DNA from: a virus | Lineage: Duplodnaviria; Caudoviricetes | Virus record (IMG/VR): IMGVR_UViG_3300016464_000006 | Span: 1 to 27,647 of that record | DNA: 27,647 bases | Strand: one strand, 5' to 3' | The notes under the pieces: generated by a model | Databases searched by the model: none | What the model saw: the letters and a program-made list of their open reading frames with translations, nothing else | What the model was told of the DNA's origin: nothing | Shown: in pieces, positions 7,103 to 17,012 of the stretch | How positions within the stretch are numbered: the first letter of the stretch is position 1 | Layout of the letters: the number at the start of each line of letters is the position of its first letter | Program-made: the position numbers and the translations under genes

Positions 7103-7665
7103 TATGCGCTCTTGATTCCGTATAGGGCGAATTGGGTATATTGAGAAAAACTATCGCCGTTTCCAGTTATGTCAATTTGAGTAACCGCATTTGTATTCAT
7201 CCATAAACCTGAACCATAACGAATTTTACCCGACCCATTATTGTCATAACCATTCATTGCTCGTAAAGTTTTATATTTATTGGTATTGGCATAGTCCAAA
7301 ATGTCCCAAATTTGTACACCAAAGACATTTGCTGATTGGCTAGATGTTGCAGTTGCAAACGGATTCATTTGACCTTGTGACGCAGCACCGTAAGCACTTA
7401 CGCTTGAACCATCTCCATCAATCTGATGAAGTGCGTAGTTACTACCTGTATCGGAATTGAAACGTACAAATATTCCATCGCCGCCACCTGCACTACTTTT
7501 ACGACTTATTGCTCTAATTTGTAGATGCGTGTAAGTTCCAGGTATAGAACTAAAGGTGATTGTTGAACTTCCGCCTGAACCTACGGACACAGTTGAAATA
7601 GACTCAAAGGAAGTACTAGAAACGTTGGCTGCTGAAGCAAAGATACCAAGAGATATAGGTGTCAC
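7102..7665 (-). CDS. Tail-associated beta-sandwich protein, paralog 1 of array
   Basis: Start revised to GTG 7665 (GTGA overlap). FESIST...FSSIPGTYTHL...YANTNKYKT...ALYGI. Confidence 0.8.
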   Translation of the reverse strand: MTPISLGIFASAANVSSTSFESISTVSVGSGGSSTITFSSIPGTYTHLQIRAISRKSSAGGGDGIFVRFNSDTGSNYALHQIDGDGSSVSAYGAASQGQMNPFATATSSQSANVFGVQIWDILDYANTNKYKTLRAMNGYDNNGSGKIRYGSGLWMNTNAVTQIDITGNGDSFSQYTQFALYGIKSA

Positions 7666-8015
7666 GCTGACAAGTCTCCTATCAGAACCCAAGTGTTAGT
7701 GTCACGCTTGACGATAGTCGCAGCAGACCACTGTGCTCGAAGTTTCAACCCTGGAGTTCCATTGACTGTCACTGTTGCAGCACCTGCCACAGTCACCTGA
7801 CCTGCGCCAGTCTGCAAGATGTTGATTTGTGAGCCGACAGGAAATGCGGTAGTCGCATTTGTCGGTACAGTTAGGGTAATGGCTGAAGCGTTGTTGAGTT
7901 CAACCATAGTGTTATTTGAATCTGTCAATACGATGGTATAGGTAGTTCCAGTCTGGGCATTAGTTGTATATGCCGTAGATGGACTTACTGTTCCACCAAT
8001 AATTGCTACGCTCAT
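7662..8015 (-). CDS. Tail fibre-associated domain protein
   Basis: NAQTGTTYT...IGDLSA domain, duplicated from the C-terminus of 8335-9168. Confidence 0.75.
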   Translation of the reverse strand: MSVAIIGGTVSPSTAYTTNAQTGTTYTIVLTDSNNTMVELNNASAITLTVPTNATTAFPVGSQINILQTGAGQVTVAGAATVTVNGTPGLKLRAQWSAATIVKRDTNTWVLIGDLSA

Positions 8016-8335
8016 CAGTTACCATCCGATCCGAACGCTGAGAATGAAGTTGTACCAGTCGTTGAATAGACTGTGATGACATCTGTGTTAGCCAGCGTGA
8101 TACCGCCTTGGATGCTAAATACAGCACCTGCTGCTAGTGGTACGCCATAGGCGATATAGTGCTGGTTAGCCAAGGTTGCACCTGCTGGACGTACCGCAAC
8201 GCGGATCGTGTCCTGTGCTCCACCAATGTTAGAAGCATTGAGTGTAGATACAATCGTTGCACTACCTGCAGTGAGAAGGGTTGTGGCAGTAGCAGCAGTA
8301 GGTGCGCTCTGCGCTAGTACTTTATATGTAGGCAT
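8015..8335 (-). CDS. Small virion structural protein (beta-sandwich)
   Basis: Start revised to ATG 8335 (TAATG overlap): MPTYKVLAQSAP...SFSAFG. Confidence 0.7.
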   Translation of the reverse strand: MPTYKVLAQSAPTAATATTLLTAGSATIVSTLNASNIGGAQDTIRVAVRPAGATLANQHYIAYGVPLAAGAVFSIQGGITLANTDVITVYSTTGTTSFSAFGSDGN

Positions 8336-9168
8336 TAGGCGCTCAAGTCTCCAATCAGTGTCCAAGAATCAGTGCCAGTCTTGACTAAGGCTGCCGCTGA
8401 ATACTGTGTCCGTAACTTTGTTCCAGTTCCTGTAACTGTCACACCTGCTGCTCCAGCCACTGTTACTTGCCCTGCTCCGATTTGCTGGATGTTGATTACT
8501 GCGCCAGTTGCGAATGCAACAGAGGCGTTAGTAGGCACAGTCAGTGTTATGGCAGCAGCATTACTCAAGGTAACAAGGCGACCATTATCGGTTAGCACCA
8601 AGGTGTATGTCGTACCAGTCTGGGCATTGAGAGTGAGGTTCTGTCTAGCATCATTGATAGTAGGCGTATTCAAGGTTGGGCTAGTCAACGTCTTGTTAGT
8701 CAACGTATCTGTTGTAGCTTTACCTACCAAGGTATCTGTTGCTGCAGGCAACGTTAGTGTGGTTGTACCTGCTACTGCTGTTGCTTGGACTGTGGTTGAA
8801 CCAGAGGTAGAACCAGCAAAGCCCATACTTGCCACAGGCGAGATAGCCAACTTGAATGCATTGAGATCATCGCTGGTCAATACGTGCTTGACTGTTGCAC
8901 CTGCTGAGTGCTGTACACCAGAGGTTCCAGCACGTGCTCGAACGATTGTGAATGTATCGCTGGAGTTAGCAGTGATAAATACGATTTCTTCATTGGTGGT
9001 ATCAGGGTCAAGAGCAACAGTGAACTGGTCTACGTTACCTGCTGCTAATGTGACTCCACCTAGTAGGGCAGAGCCAGTTCCTGTAGCCACAGTCATTGTC
9101 GTTGCAGACGAACTTATCGTCGATGCAAGCGTTGTCTCAACGCTGATTGATGAGTACTGTCTTGTCAC
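8335..9168 (-). CDS. Tail fibre protein
   Basis: Thr/Ala-rich, with an N-terminal anchor-like domain (EEIV...RA..GT...H..GA.V.H), a DTLTNKTLTSP shaft motif and a C-terminal ...IGDLSA domain. Confidence 0.75.
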   Translation of the reverse strand: MTRQYSSISVETTLASTISSSATTMTVATGTGSALLGGVTLAAGNVDQFTVALDPDTTNEEIVFITANSSDTFTIVRARAGTSGVQHSAGATVKHVLTSDDLNAFKLAISPVASMGFAGSTSGSTTVQATAVAGTTTLTLPAATDTLVGKATTDTLTNKTLTSPTLNTPTINDARQNLTLNAQTGTTYTLVLTDNGRLVTLSNAAAITLTVPTNASVAFATGAVINIQQIGAGQVTVAGAAGVTVTGTGTKLRTQYSAAALVKTGTDSWTLIGDLSA

Positions 9169-9177
9169 GGGCCTTCC

Positions 9178-10092
9178 TTATCGGGTTAGATGGAGTCTGA
9201 TTGGGAACTGATCAGAAAGTTTGAGTGCCTCTTCTTGTAGGCGTTGCTGGAATAGAGCAAAGACATACTTGCTCATAGCAGAACCAGCAGATGATGGAAT
9301 CTTTGTATCGTTCAAATCTGCTTCAGCGCTGGATAGATTGATACGACCAGCATCAAGGAATGAAAGCAGACGATATGAAGCGCCATAGACGATAACATCT
9401 TGGCAGGAATCTGGAAGTCCTGTGACATCCACAAAGTCATCTGTGGTGTTATCCATCGTATCTGGAACCATTGTGTACCAGACCTTGATGGTTCTACCAG
9501 GCTGAATGTTCTCGTAGATATTGACAGTCTTCTGGGTATTGAATGTAGCCACGTTTGCTAGTGGGTCAAATCTCCAGCGCTTGATAGGTAACCACTCAAG
9601 GCTTGGGCCTGTTGTCTGCCACGACATATAGAGAACTTCACGAGCATCATCTGGTAAAGCGTAGGTAACCTGAGATGCGTTGAATGTAAAACTTGTTGAC
9701 GATACTGCAAAGAGTTTTGGATACAGGCTTCGGATTGTGTCGTTGATAGCCTTCTGAATTGACACTCGTGGGAATGTCGGAGCCAGAGTTACTTGAGCAT
9801 ATCTAGCGTGTGGCGATGGTGTTGTTCCTTGGAAACCACGACCAATAGGATTGGTTGGAGCACCCATCACATTGAGCGTATTGGTTGTCTTATTGAAGGA
9901 ATCAATCCAGATAAGTTCATTGTCAATCTCAATCAGACCTTTAGCCAAGTTATCTGATGAGCCGACCAAAATCTCAAGACTTGTAGTCGTGAGGCCAGCG
10001 GGATTATTTACATAGGTAATGCGATCTTGGCGTAGTGAGTAACCTTGTAGGTTAGTCTTCACCTCGTCGATCAGTTGCTCCAGTGTTGGCAT
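9178..10092 (-). CDS. Putative tail adaptor/tubular protein A-like
   Basis: Start revised to ATG 10092 (GAAGGA SD). Helix-beta-helix layout with Y.LP.D and LP...DVIVYGA motifs typical of adaptor proteins. Confidence 0.55.
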   Translation of the reverse strand: MPTLEQLIDEVKTNLQGYSLRQDRITYVNNPAGLTTTSLEILVGSSDNLAKGLIEIDNELIWIDSFNKTTNTLNVMGAPTNPIGRGFQGTTPSPHARYAQVTLAPTFPRVSIQKAINDTIRSLYPKLFAVSSTSFTFNASQVTYALPDDAREVLYMSWQTTGPSLEWLPIKRWRFDPLANVATFNTQKTVNIYENIQPGRTIKVWYTMVPDTMDNTTDDFVDVTGLPDSCQDVIVYGASYRLLSFLDAGRINLSSAEADLNDTKIPSSAGSAMSKYVFALFQQRLQEEALKLSDQFPIRLHLTR

Positions 10093-11152
10093 TGTTTCCT
10101 TCCGTGTACCAGCCGTCACCCCACAGGGTCATTAGCCTGTTGAAGTATTTCTCGTATTGCTTCGCAATGACATCCACAGAGTAGAGCGATACTGCTCGCT
10201 CTCTGATTGCCTTACGGTCTAAGTTCTTGACGTTCTGAGTCGCCAAGATAAATTCTTCTACGCTACGGCATCTAAAGCCTGTAACGCCTTCTACGACAGT
10301 TTCTGTAAATGCACCCCAGTCTGTCGTAATGACTGGAGTTCCGCAGGCTTGTGACTCAATGTTCACATTGCCAAAAGGTTCTAGGTATAGCGTTGGGACA
10401 AAGGTTGCTATCGCATTGCCCATAAGTTCAGCACGCTGCTCTGGTCCTACAGCTCCAACATATTCGCCGTACTGTGGGATGTGTGTACCAGGTCCTGCCA
10501 TAATCAGTTTCTTACCGATTACTTTGCAGATATGCGCTGCAATATCCACGCCTTTGCGTGGAACCATTCGACCAATGTAAAGGTAATAGTCGCCTTTACC
10601 TTCACCTAGCGGGAACATATCGGGATCTAAGTAACCAGGAATCACCGCATCAAAGAACATTCCATCTACTTGAGCGGCGTTCTTGAACTGTGCATAGACT
10701 GCGTGCATCCAAGCGTAAGACTCAAAGACTTTGTAGTCTGAGAAGATACCTGAGTATCCCACTCCGAACTCCACGCTGATGTGTGACTTGTAGGCATCTG
10801 CGATTGGCTTATGACTTGCACCAGCAATCAAGCAAATAAAGTCTTGTGGCTCTAGTCTCTTGCGTAATGCCTTGATGACGTTACCGTTGAACTTCTGCCA
10901 GTGTGGAAGTTTGTAATCAAACGGTGCTTCAACATAAGGTTTGTTACCTACTGCCAAGCGACGCTGAGTCTCAGTGATGCAGGGGATTAGTTCATCTACG
11001 TTAGCTTCGTTCTCAGTGCCAGCGTAGAGATAGACTGTGTGTCCCAGTCCCTTCATCATATTGCAGAACCTGCGTACCTTTTCAGTGTACGCACAGTTTG
11101 CAAAGTCTTTAGTTGTGTTAGTATGTGGTAGGCTTACGACGTGGAATCTCAT
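10052..11152 (-). CDS. Glycosyltransferase family 4 (GT-B)
   Basis: YIGRMVPRKG and EPFGNVNIESQACGTPVITTD.GAF.E (EX7E) motifs. Confidence 0.93.
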   Translation of the reverse strand: MRFHVVSLPHTNTTKDFANCAYTEKVRRFCNMMKGLGHTVYLYAGTENEANVDELIPCITETQRRLAVGNKPYVEAPFDYKLPHWQKFNGNVIKALRKRLEPQDFICLIAGASHKPIADAYKSHISVEFGVGYSGIFSDYKVFESYAWMHAVYAQFKNAAQVDGMFFDAVIPGYLDPDMFPLGEGKGDYYLYIGRMVPRKGVDIAAHICKVIGKKLIMAGPGTHIPQYGEYVGAVGPEQRAELMGNAIATFVPTLYLEPFGNVNIESQACGTPVITTDWGAFTETVVEGVTGFRCRSVEEFILATQNVKNLDRKAIRERAVSLYSVDVIAKQYEKYFNRLMTLWGDGWYTEGNNANTGATDRRGED

Positions 11153-11161
11153 ACCACAATT

Positions 11162-11733
11162 CTAGCGGAAACCTTTGAAATCCTGTGTGGAGTGTCCCCG
11201 CAAGTCGCTATATCCATCAGACTGAATCACGATATTAGGATGGCAGACATAAGCATTGGTTTTGTCTGCTACTAGGCGATAGGCCACATCTATCCAGAGA
11301 TCAAAGTCTTTGGCTGCTTGGATGAAGTACTCCACCTTGCTTGGTTTGATGCAGTAGGCGTGGGTGCCTGTGGTTTCCAACTGCCTTACCCAGTAATCAT
11401 TGACAGGTTCAGTGCGATTCTTGATGGCTCCAAGGTAGAAGATGTCCCAGTCTTGCGGCAACTTAGCCATATGGGTATCTAATTTAGTGCTAAATTCGTC
11501 ATCAAATATCGCATCATCTTCGCAGATAAGAACCATCTCATCTGGCTTGATGGATTCCAAGACCTGAATGTGGCTCAGTCTTCCTGCCACGATTGGGTCA
11601 ATGCCTTCAGCCTTACCATCTATTGCTTTGTGAACTTCATACTCAAAGCCAATTCTCTTGGCTTCAGCATCAAACTGTTCTAAGCGGTCTTTCCTGTGTT
11701 CAAGATTGATGACAACGATTCTGTCAAAATACT

Positions 11734-11737
<4 letters not shown>
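11162..11737 (-). CDS. Glycosyltransferase family 25
   Basis: [26 protein letters not shown] and THAY motifs. Confidence 0.92.
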
Positions 11738-13229
<1,492 letters not shown>

Positions 13230-13233
<4 letters not shown>

Positions 13234-13583
13234 GTAGTCACAGCTCCTGTCACGACAAACTTACCTTCAAGAATACGGGTTATTGTCCCGCCTGAATTTA
13301 GAACTAAATCATATGAATATCTACCAGCGTCAATATCGCCTGTGGTAGTTGCATCAATAGTCACGGTGATTCTCCCATTGAGAGCATCAAAGACCATACG
13401 ACCATTGGCAGTAGAGGCAACGACTGTAGTTGTAGATGCGCCAACGAATGGGCGTACAGTCATCGTTCCTGTATACCCTGTGAGATTCCAGGGTGTGGCA
13501 GTTCCAGCGATATTGTTCTGAACTTGGAACTGAAAATTGAATGTTGTTGCTTGGTCGCAGATAAGATTATATTTCGCGCTCAA
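13230..13583 (-). CDS. Beta-sandwich fibre-anchor/adaptor protein
   Basis: DQATTF...WNLTGYT...Y.YDL...RILEGKFVV pattern, commonly seen just upstream of fibre genes. Confidence 0.65.
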
Positions 13584-13870
13584 GATGAGATCTTTCTGAG
13601 AGCAGCCGCTGCAGCCAAGCCAGAAGTGCCAGCGAGCAGGTTACATACGCCGCTAAAATCGAGGTGAAGATCAGCAGAACCCGAACGCCCCGCGATGTCA
13701 TTGAGTACTCCTACTGTGTCTGTATGGTTGCTAGTAACGCCTCTAGCAGCAGCCCATTGGCGAGCAGCCAAGGCTTGGTCAACCATCTCTGGATTGAGAC
13801 GATAAGTGCCACCATTAGCAAGGCGGTTCAATTCTTGATTGAGCGTTGTTCCATCTACTCCCAGTGCCAC
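13580..13870 (-). CDS. Hypothetical virion-region protein
   Basis: AGGAG SD; coupled to the downstream gene. Confidence 0.7.
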   Translation of the reverse strand: MALGVDGTTLNQELNRLANGGTYRLNPEMVDQALAARQWAAARGVTSNHTDTVGVLNDIAGRSGSADLHLDFSGVCNLLAGTSGLAAAAALRKISS

Positions 13871-13880
13871 TTATCTCTCC

Positions 13881-14039
13881 TTACTTCTTTTTCTTTGCTA
13901 CTGCTGCGTTATCTACCAAGTTTGGATATGGACGACCAGCGGCTTTAGCACGCTTCTTAGCGGCAGACTTCTGCGCTGGTGTCAGTTTCTTTGATGTCTT
14001 CTTAGGATTCTTTGTATCCCAAAATGCTTTCTTCTTCAC
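13881..14039 (-). CDS. Lys-rich 52-aa protein MKKKAFWDTKNPKKTSKKLTPAQKSAAKKRAKAAGRPYPNLVDNAAVAKKKK
   Basis: Hand-translated; GTGA overlap with the upstream gene. Confidence 0.75.
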   Translation of the reverse strand: MKKKAFWDTKNPKKTSKKLTPAQKSAAKKRAKAAGRPYPNLVDNAAVAKKKK

Positions 14040-14308
14040 CACTTCACCTTATCTGCCCAGTACGCAGCAGACATCTTGCCTTTGGCAATGTTCTTTGCGT
14101 GACGGGCCTTGAATGATGCTTGGCGCTTTGTAGGCTTTTTATCGCCTGTTACGCCTTGCTGACCGAATCTGATTGTCTTGACTTGAGTTCCTTCTTTGGC
14201 AACGACGACGTGACTCTTAGTTGGGTGAGAAGGCGTACGCTTGGGTTTGTTGAAGCCCGCAACGCCAGCACGTGCCAAACGCGGATCACGCTTTGTCTTT
14301 CTTTCCAT
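14036..14308 (-). CDS. Basic protein, about 90 aa (KSHVVVAK...IRFGQQG...SFKARH...SAAYWA)
   Basis: ORF-track gene with start revised to ATG 14308 (GGAG upstream); resembles a common small phage protein type. Confidence 0.8.
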   Translation of the reverse strand: MERKTKRDPRLARAGVAGFNKPKRTPSHPTKSHVVVAKEGTQVKTIRFGQQGVTGDKKPTKRQASFKARHAKNIAKGKMSAAYWADKVKW

Positions 14309-14429
14309 ACTCTCCATACTTTCCGAGCACTGCTCTTACTGTGCCGTTCTTGTTGAGTCTGACAACCATTCCGTCTCTAATGATGACAGAGTTGAACTTC
14401 TCGCGTCGGCGGTATTGACCCGACGACAT
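14286..14429 (-). CDS. 47-aa basic protein MSSGQYRRREKFNSVIIRDGMVVRLNKNGTVRAVLGKYGEYGKKDKA
   Basis: Hand-translated; TAATG coupling. Confidence 0.7.
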   Translation of the reverse strand: MSSGQYRRREKFNSVIIRDGMVVRLNKNGTVRAVLGKYGEYGKKDKA

Positions 14430-14593
14430 TACTTCTTCTTTTTCTTTTTTGCCATTCCTGCTTCGCTCATAGCGATAGCAATGGCTTGCTTGCGGGACTT
14501 GACTACTGGTCCCTTCTTACCTGAGTGAAGGGTTCCACCCTTGAACTCACGCATAACCTTAGCAACTTTCTTAGCGCCTTTAGCCTTCTTCAT
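14429..14593 (-). CDS. DUF6496-like Lys-rich protein, 54 aa
   Basis: KKVAKVMREFKGGTLHSGKKGPVVKSRKQAIAIAMSEAG recognised as the DUF6496 pattern; ATGA and TAATG coupling. Confidence 0.8.
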   Translation of the reverse strand: MKKAKGAKKVAKVMREFKGGTLHSGKKGPVVKSRKQAIAIAMSEAGMAKKKKKK

Positions 14594-14727
14594 TTCTTCT
14601 TGCCCATCTTCTTAGACATCATCTTTGACTTTGAGCCGTATTCCATCTTGCGCTCTTTAGCACCTTCCATCTTTTCGTGCTTCATCTTCGCTGCTTTGGA
14701 TTTGTATTTTTCTTTCTTAGCTGACAT
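14590..14727 (-). CDS. Lys/Met-rich 45-aa protein MSAKKEKYKSKAAKMKHEKMEGAKERKMEYGSKSKMMSKKMGKKK
   Basis: Hand-translated; coupled at both ends. Confidence 0.75.
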   Translation of the reverse strand: MSAKKEKYKSKAAKMKHEKMEGAKERKMEYGSKSKMMSKKMGKKK

Positions 14728-14891
14728 TACTTCTGTCCCTTCGGATACGCTCCTGGAGCACCCTTTTGTAGGTCCTCATAGGACATAAATGGCTTGTCGT
14801 TTACTCCTGCTGGGTACTCTGTGTACCAGCCTGGATGATCTGCAGGATTGTATTTATTGTTCTGCAAGTTTGGGTCTTTTGCTGTAGGCAT
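14727..14891 (-). CDS. 54-aa Pro/Tyr-rich protein MPTAKDPNLQNNKYNPADHPGWYTEYPAGVNDKPFMSYEDLQKGAPGAYPKGQK
   Basis: AAGGAG SD; TAATG coupling to the downstream gene. Confidence 0.7.
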   Translation of the reverse strand: MPTAKDPNLQNNKYNPADHPGWYTEYPAGVNDKPFMSYEDLQKGAPGAYPKGQK

Positions 14892-14893
14892 TG

Positions 14894-15184
14894 TTACTCC
14901 TTGAAGGTAAGTGTATTTCCATCGAATGCTTTGCCAGATTCGTTGGAAAGTCTGAGCGCTGCATCTATATCTTTTTGCTTGGTAGATATTGGCTCTACCC
15001 CCTGCTTCACAGCCGAGTAGTAGGATTCCAATTCTTTGTTGTCTTTCTTTTCTCTGTCTTTATCCCAGCCTTGCCGAGTAGGGAAGCACCCTGCAAATGC
15101 AAAGTTTGCTGCTTGCAGACAGTCAGAGTATGAGTCGTGGTCTTGGGTTTTACACCCAGAACGACAGTTGGGATTCTTAGTCAT
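14894..15184 (-). CDS. Hypothetical protein with CxxxCxxxxH...C metal-binding motif
   Basis: CRSGCKTQDHDSYSDC; lies in operon order. Confidence 0.75.
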   Translation of the reverse strand: MTKNPNCRSGCKTQDHDSYSDCLQAANFAFAGCFPTRQGWDKDREKKDNKELESYYSAVKQGVEPISTKQKDIDAALRLSNESGKAFDGNTLTFKE

Positions 15185-15186
15185 AG

Positions 15187-15513
15187 TTATGCAATCGGCT
15201 CCAAGTAGTCAGAATAGCCTGCATCAATCAGAATCTGTGCTTCTGCTTGGGTAAGAACATATTCGTGTCCACCGAGATAGTAGGCATCTGCATCTTCCAA
15301 ATCATTCTGATATGGAGTCTGAACTTCAGTCACAGTAGTTCCATTGACAATCAAAGTGTACGCACGTGGGATGTCAGTGATGAATGGATTGATAGGACCA
15401 GTCAGCGTTCCGCCAGTAATTCTTCTGGCAGCAAGACGGGAGTACTTATCGTACGTTCCATACTGAGCGCCCCAAGTTTCCCAGCGCCAAGGAGTTGTGA
15501 GTCTGTAGTCCAT
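15187..15513 (-). CDS. Hypothetical protein downstream of the capsid gene
   Basis: Start revised to ATG 15513 (GAAAGGAAG SD). Confidence 0.7.
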   Translation of the reverse strand: MDYRLTTPWRWETWGAQYGTYDKYSRLAARRITGGTLTGPINPFITDIPRAYTLIVNGTTVTEVQTPYQNDLEDADAYYLGGHEYVLTQAEAQILIDAGYSDYLEPIA

Positions 15514-15535
15514 TACTTCCTTTCGTAGCGAACTT

Positions 15536-15571
15536 ACCGTTAGGCAGAGTTTCAAGGCTCTGCCCAACAGT
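15536..15571 (-). terminator. Stem-loop after the capsid gene (U-tail-less terminator or mRNA stabiliser)
   Basis: ACTGTTGGGCAGAG-8nt-CTCTGCCTAACGGT, a 14-bp stem with two G-U pairs that only form on the minus strand. Confidence 0.65.
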
Positions 15572-15578
15572 CAATCAA

Positions 15579-16514
15579 CTATGAGATTGAAGATGCTGTC
15601 TCAATGCGGTATAGAGCCGCTTCACGGAGACGAGCAAAGCCACCGAAGTAGTACCAACCGATGGTGCGGAAACGACGGAGTGCGTCGATTTCTGGACCAA
15701 TGACGGTTGAAATATCGGCTGCTTGCGCTTCAGCAAGCGCTTCACGTCCAGCAACAACTGCCTTGTAGAGAGTTACTGCAGGAGATGCACCGTTAGATGC
15801 TGAGAGAACACGTGGTGTCTCTACAACGTAAGCACCTTCGATAACGCCGACGGAGCCAGCGACGAATGGTGTACGGTCAACATACTTGGTGAGTTCCTGG
15901 AATCCACCAGTTCCCGCTTCAGCGCGGAGATCCGCAGACTGACGTGGGTGGACGTATGCAGCATAGAGTTCGCCGATACGAGGAACAGCCTTGTTTGTGC
16001 GGAGCTGAGTTACAGCCTCGCGGATGTCAGCAACTGCGAGTGTGCCAGAGGCGGTTACGCCTGATGCACCTGTTGCTGTACCACCGTAGATTACGTTTGT
16101 TCCGCCAGTGAGAACGTTAGCTACAACTACGTCGATAGAATCGGCAGCGTTGTAAGCGATAACGTCTGCAAGAGCAGCGTCTACGTCGTTGAACGATGTG
16201 AGGTTCAACTTCTTGGTGGTTGTTACTGCGTTACCGTATTCGTTCAAGGTAACAGTAACTTGAGATGGGTTACCAAATGCAACTGAGGAAACGTCTGAGG
16301 ATTCTGTCAAAGTACCAGTCGCGGTAGCGAGATCTGAGTAGATGGAGAATACAACTGACGAACCTGGCATAGCCTGTTGCACTGGCTTTACGTCTGCCAA
16401 CGCACGCATCACAGGGATGGAGCGAAGGGCCATACGTACATACTGGTCATATGCTGTTTTTACGAGCGACGTAATGTCGGAGGTCGTAGTCAGCGTACCT
16501 GTAGGTAATGCCAC
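15579..16514 (-). CDS. Major capsid protein (HK97 fold, N4-gp56-like)
   Basis: 311 aa following the scaffold gene; VTVTLNEYGN, YAAYVHP...DLR, G.VG.IEG and R...GWY motifs. Confidence 0.9.
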   Translation of the reverse strand: MALPTGTLTTTSDITSLVKTAYDQYVRMALRSIPVMRALADVKPVQQAMPGSSVVFSIYSDLATATGTLTESSDVSSVAFGNPSQVTVTLNEYGNAVTTTKKLNLTSFNDVDAALADVIAYNAADSIDVVVANVLTGGTNVIYGGTATGASGVTASGTLAVADIREAVTQLRTNKAVPRIGELYAAYVHPRQSADLRAEAGTGGFQELTKYVDRTPFVAGSVGVIEGAYVVETPRVLSASNGASPAVTLYKAVVAGREALAEAQAADISTVIGPEIDALRRFRTIGWYYFGGFARLREAALYRIETASSIS

Positions 16515-16541
16515 TTTAGTGCCTTTCGGATAGGTTCGGAA

Positions 16542-17012
16542 TTAGAGTCCAGACGACCTAATGATTTCATCCAGTTCTTCTTTGCTGTTGGCATTCATCA
16601 AGCGACGGTGAATATCTGCTTGGAACTCAGGAGTTGCTCCTGTTTCCACAGCATTAGTCATACGCTGATAAGCCTTGGCTTGGGCTGGGTCTACATTAGG
16701 TTTTGCCTGGGTTTCGGCCTGTTGATAGCCGAATACATCGGCATAATCTTCAAGCCATTTAGATACAGACTCTTCAGTTGGGTCTATATCCTGTGGGATA
16801 AATGATGCAATTTTGCTATTTACCCCGCGACTAGCGAGGGCATCTTTGATTGCTCGTTCTCTTTGTGCTTTGGATAGATTCTCGTATTGAGCCTTTAGCT
16901 CTGCGAGTTCTTTATCCTTTTGCTTTGTTGCTTTACGCAACTGCTTGACGAGATCGTTACCATCATTGGATGGTGTTTCAAAGTCGTCATCTTCGTAGTC
17001 GTAGTTGGACAT
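16542..17012 (-). CDS. Capsid scaffolding protein
   Basis: Acidic N-terminus, coiled coil and C-terminal helix-turn-helix; directly upstream of the capsid gene. Confidence 0.8.
   Translation of the reverse strand: MSNYDYEDDDFETPSNDGNDLVKQLRKATKQKDKELAELKAQYENLSKAQRERAIKDALASRGVNSKIASFIPQDIDPTEESVSKWLEDYADVFGYQQAETQAKPNVDPAQAKAYQRMTNAVETGATPEFQADIHRRLMNANSKEELDEIIRSSGL

Noticed and set aside
5521-7665. Diversity-generating retroelement or invertase shufflon
   Set aside because: No reverse transcriptase or recombinase in the window, no adenine-specific TR/VR pair, and the repeats are short and direct.
8372-9211. 279-aa plus-strand ORF
   Set aside because: Antisense shadow of the Thr/Ala-rich tail fibre gene, with no protein-like features of its own.
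15187-15581. Capsid C-terminal extension by readthrough or frameshift into the next ORF
   Set aside because: In-frame readthrough hits TGA after 8 codons, the downstream frame has a TGA just after the capsid stop, no slippery site is visible, and the downstream gene has its own SD and ATG at 15513.
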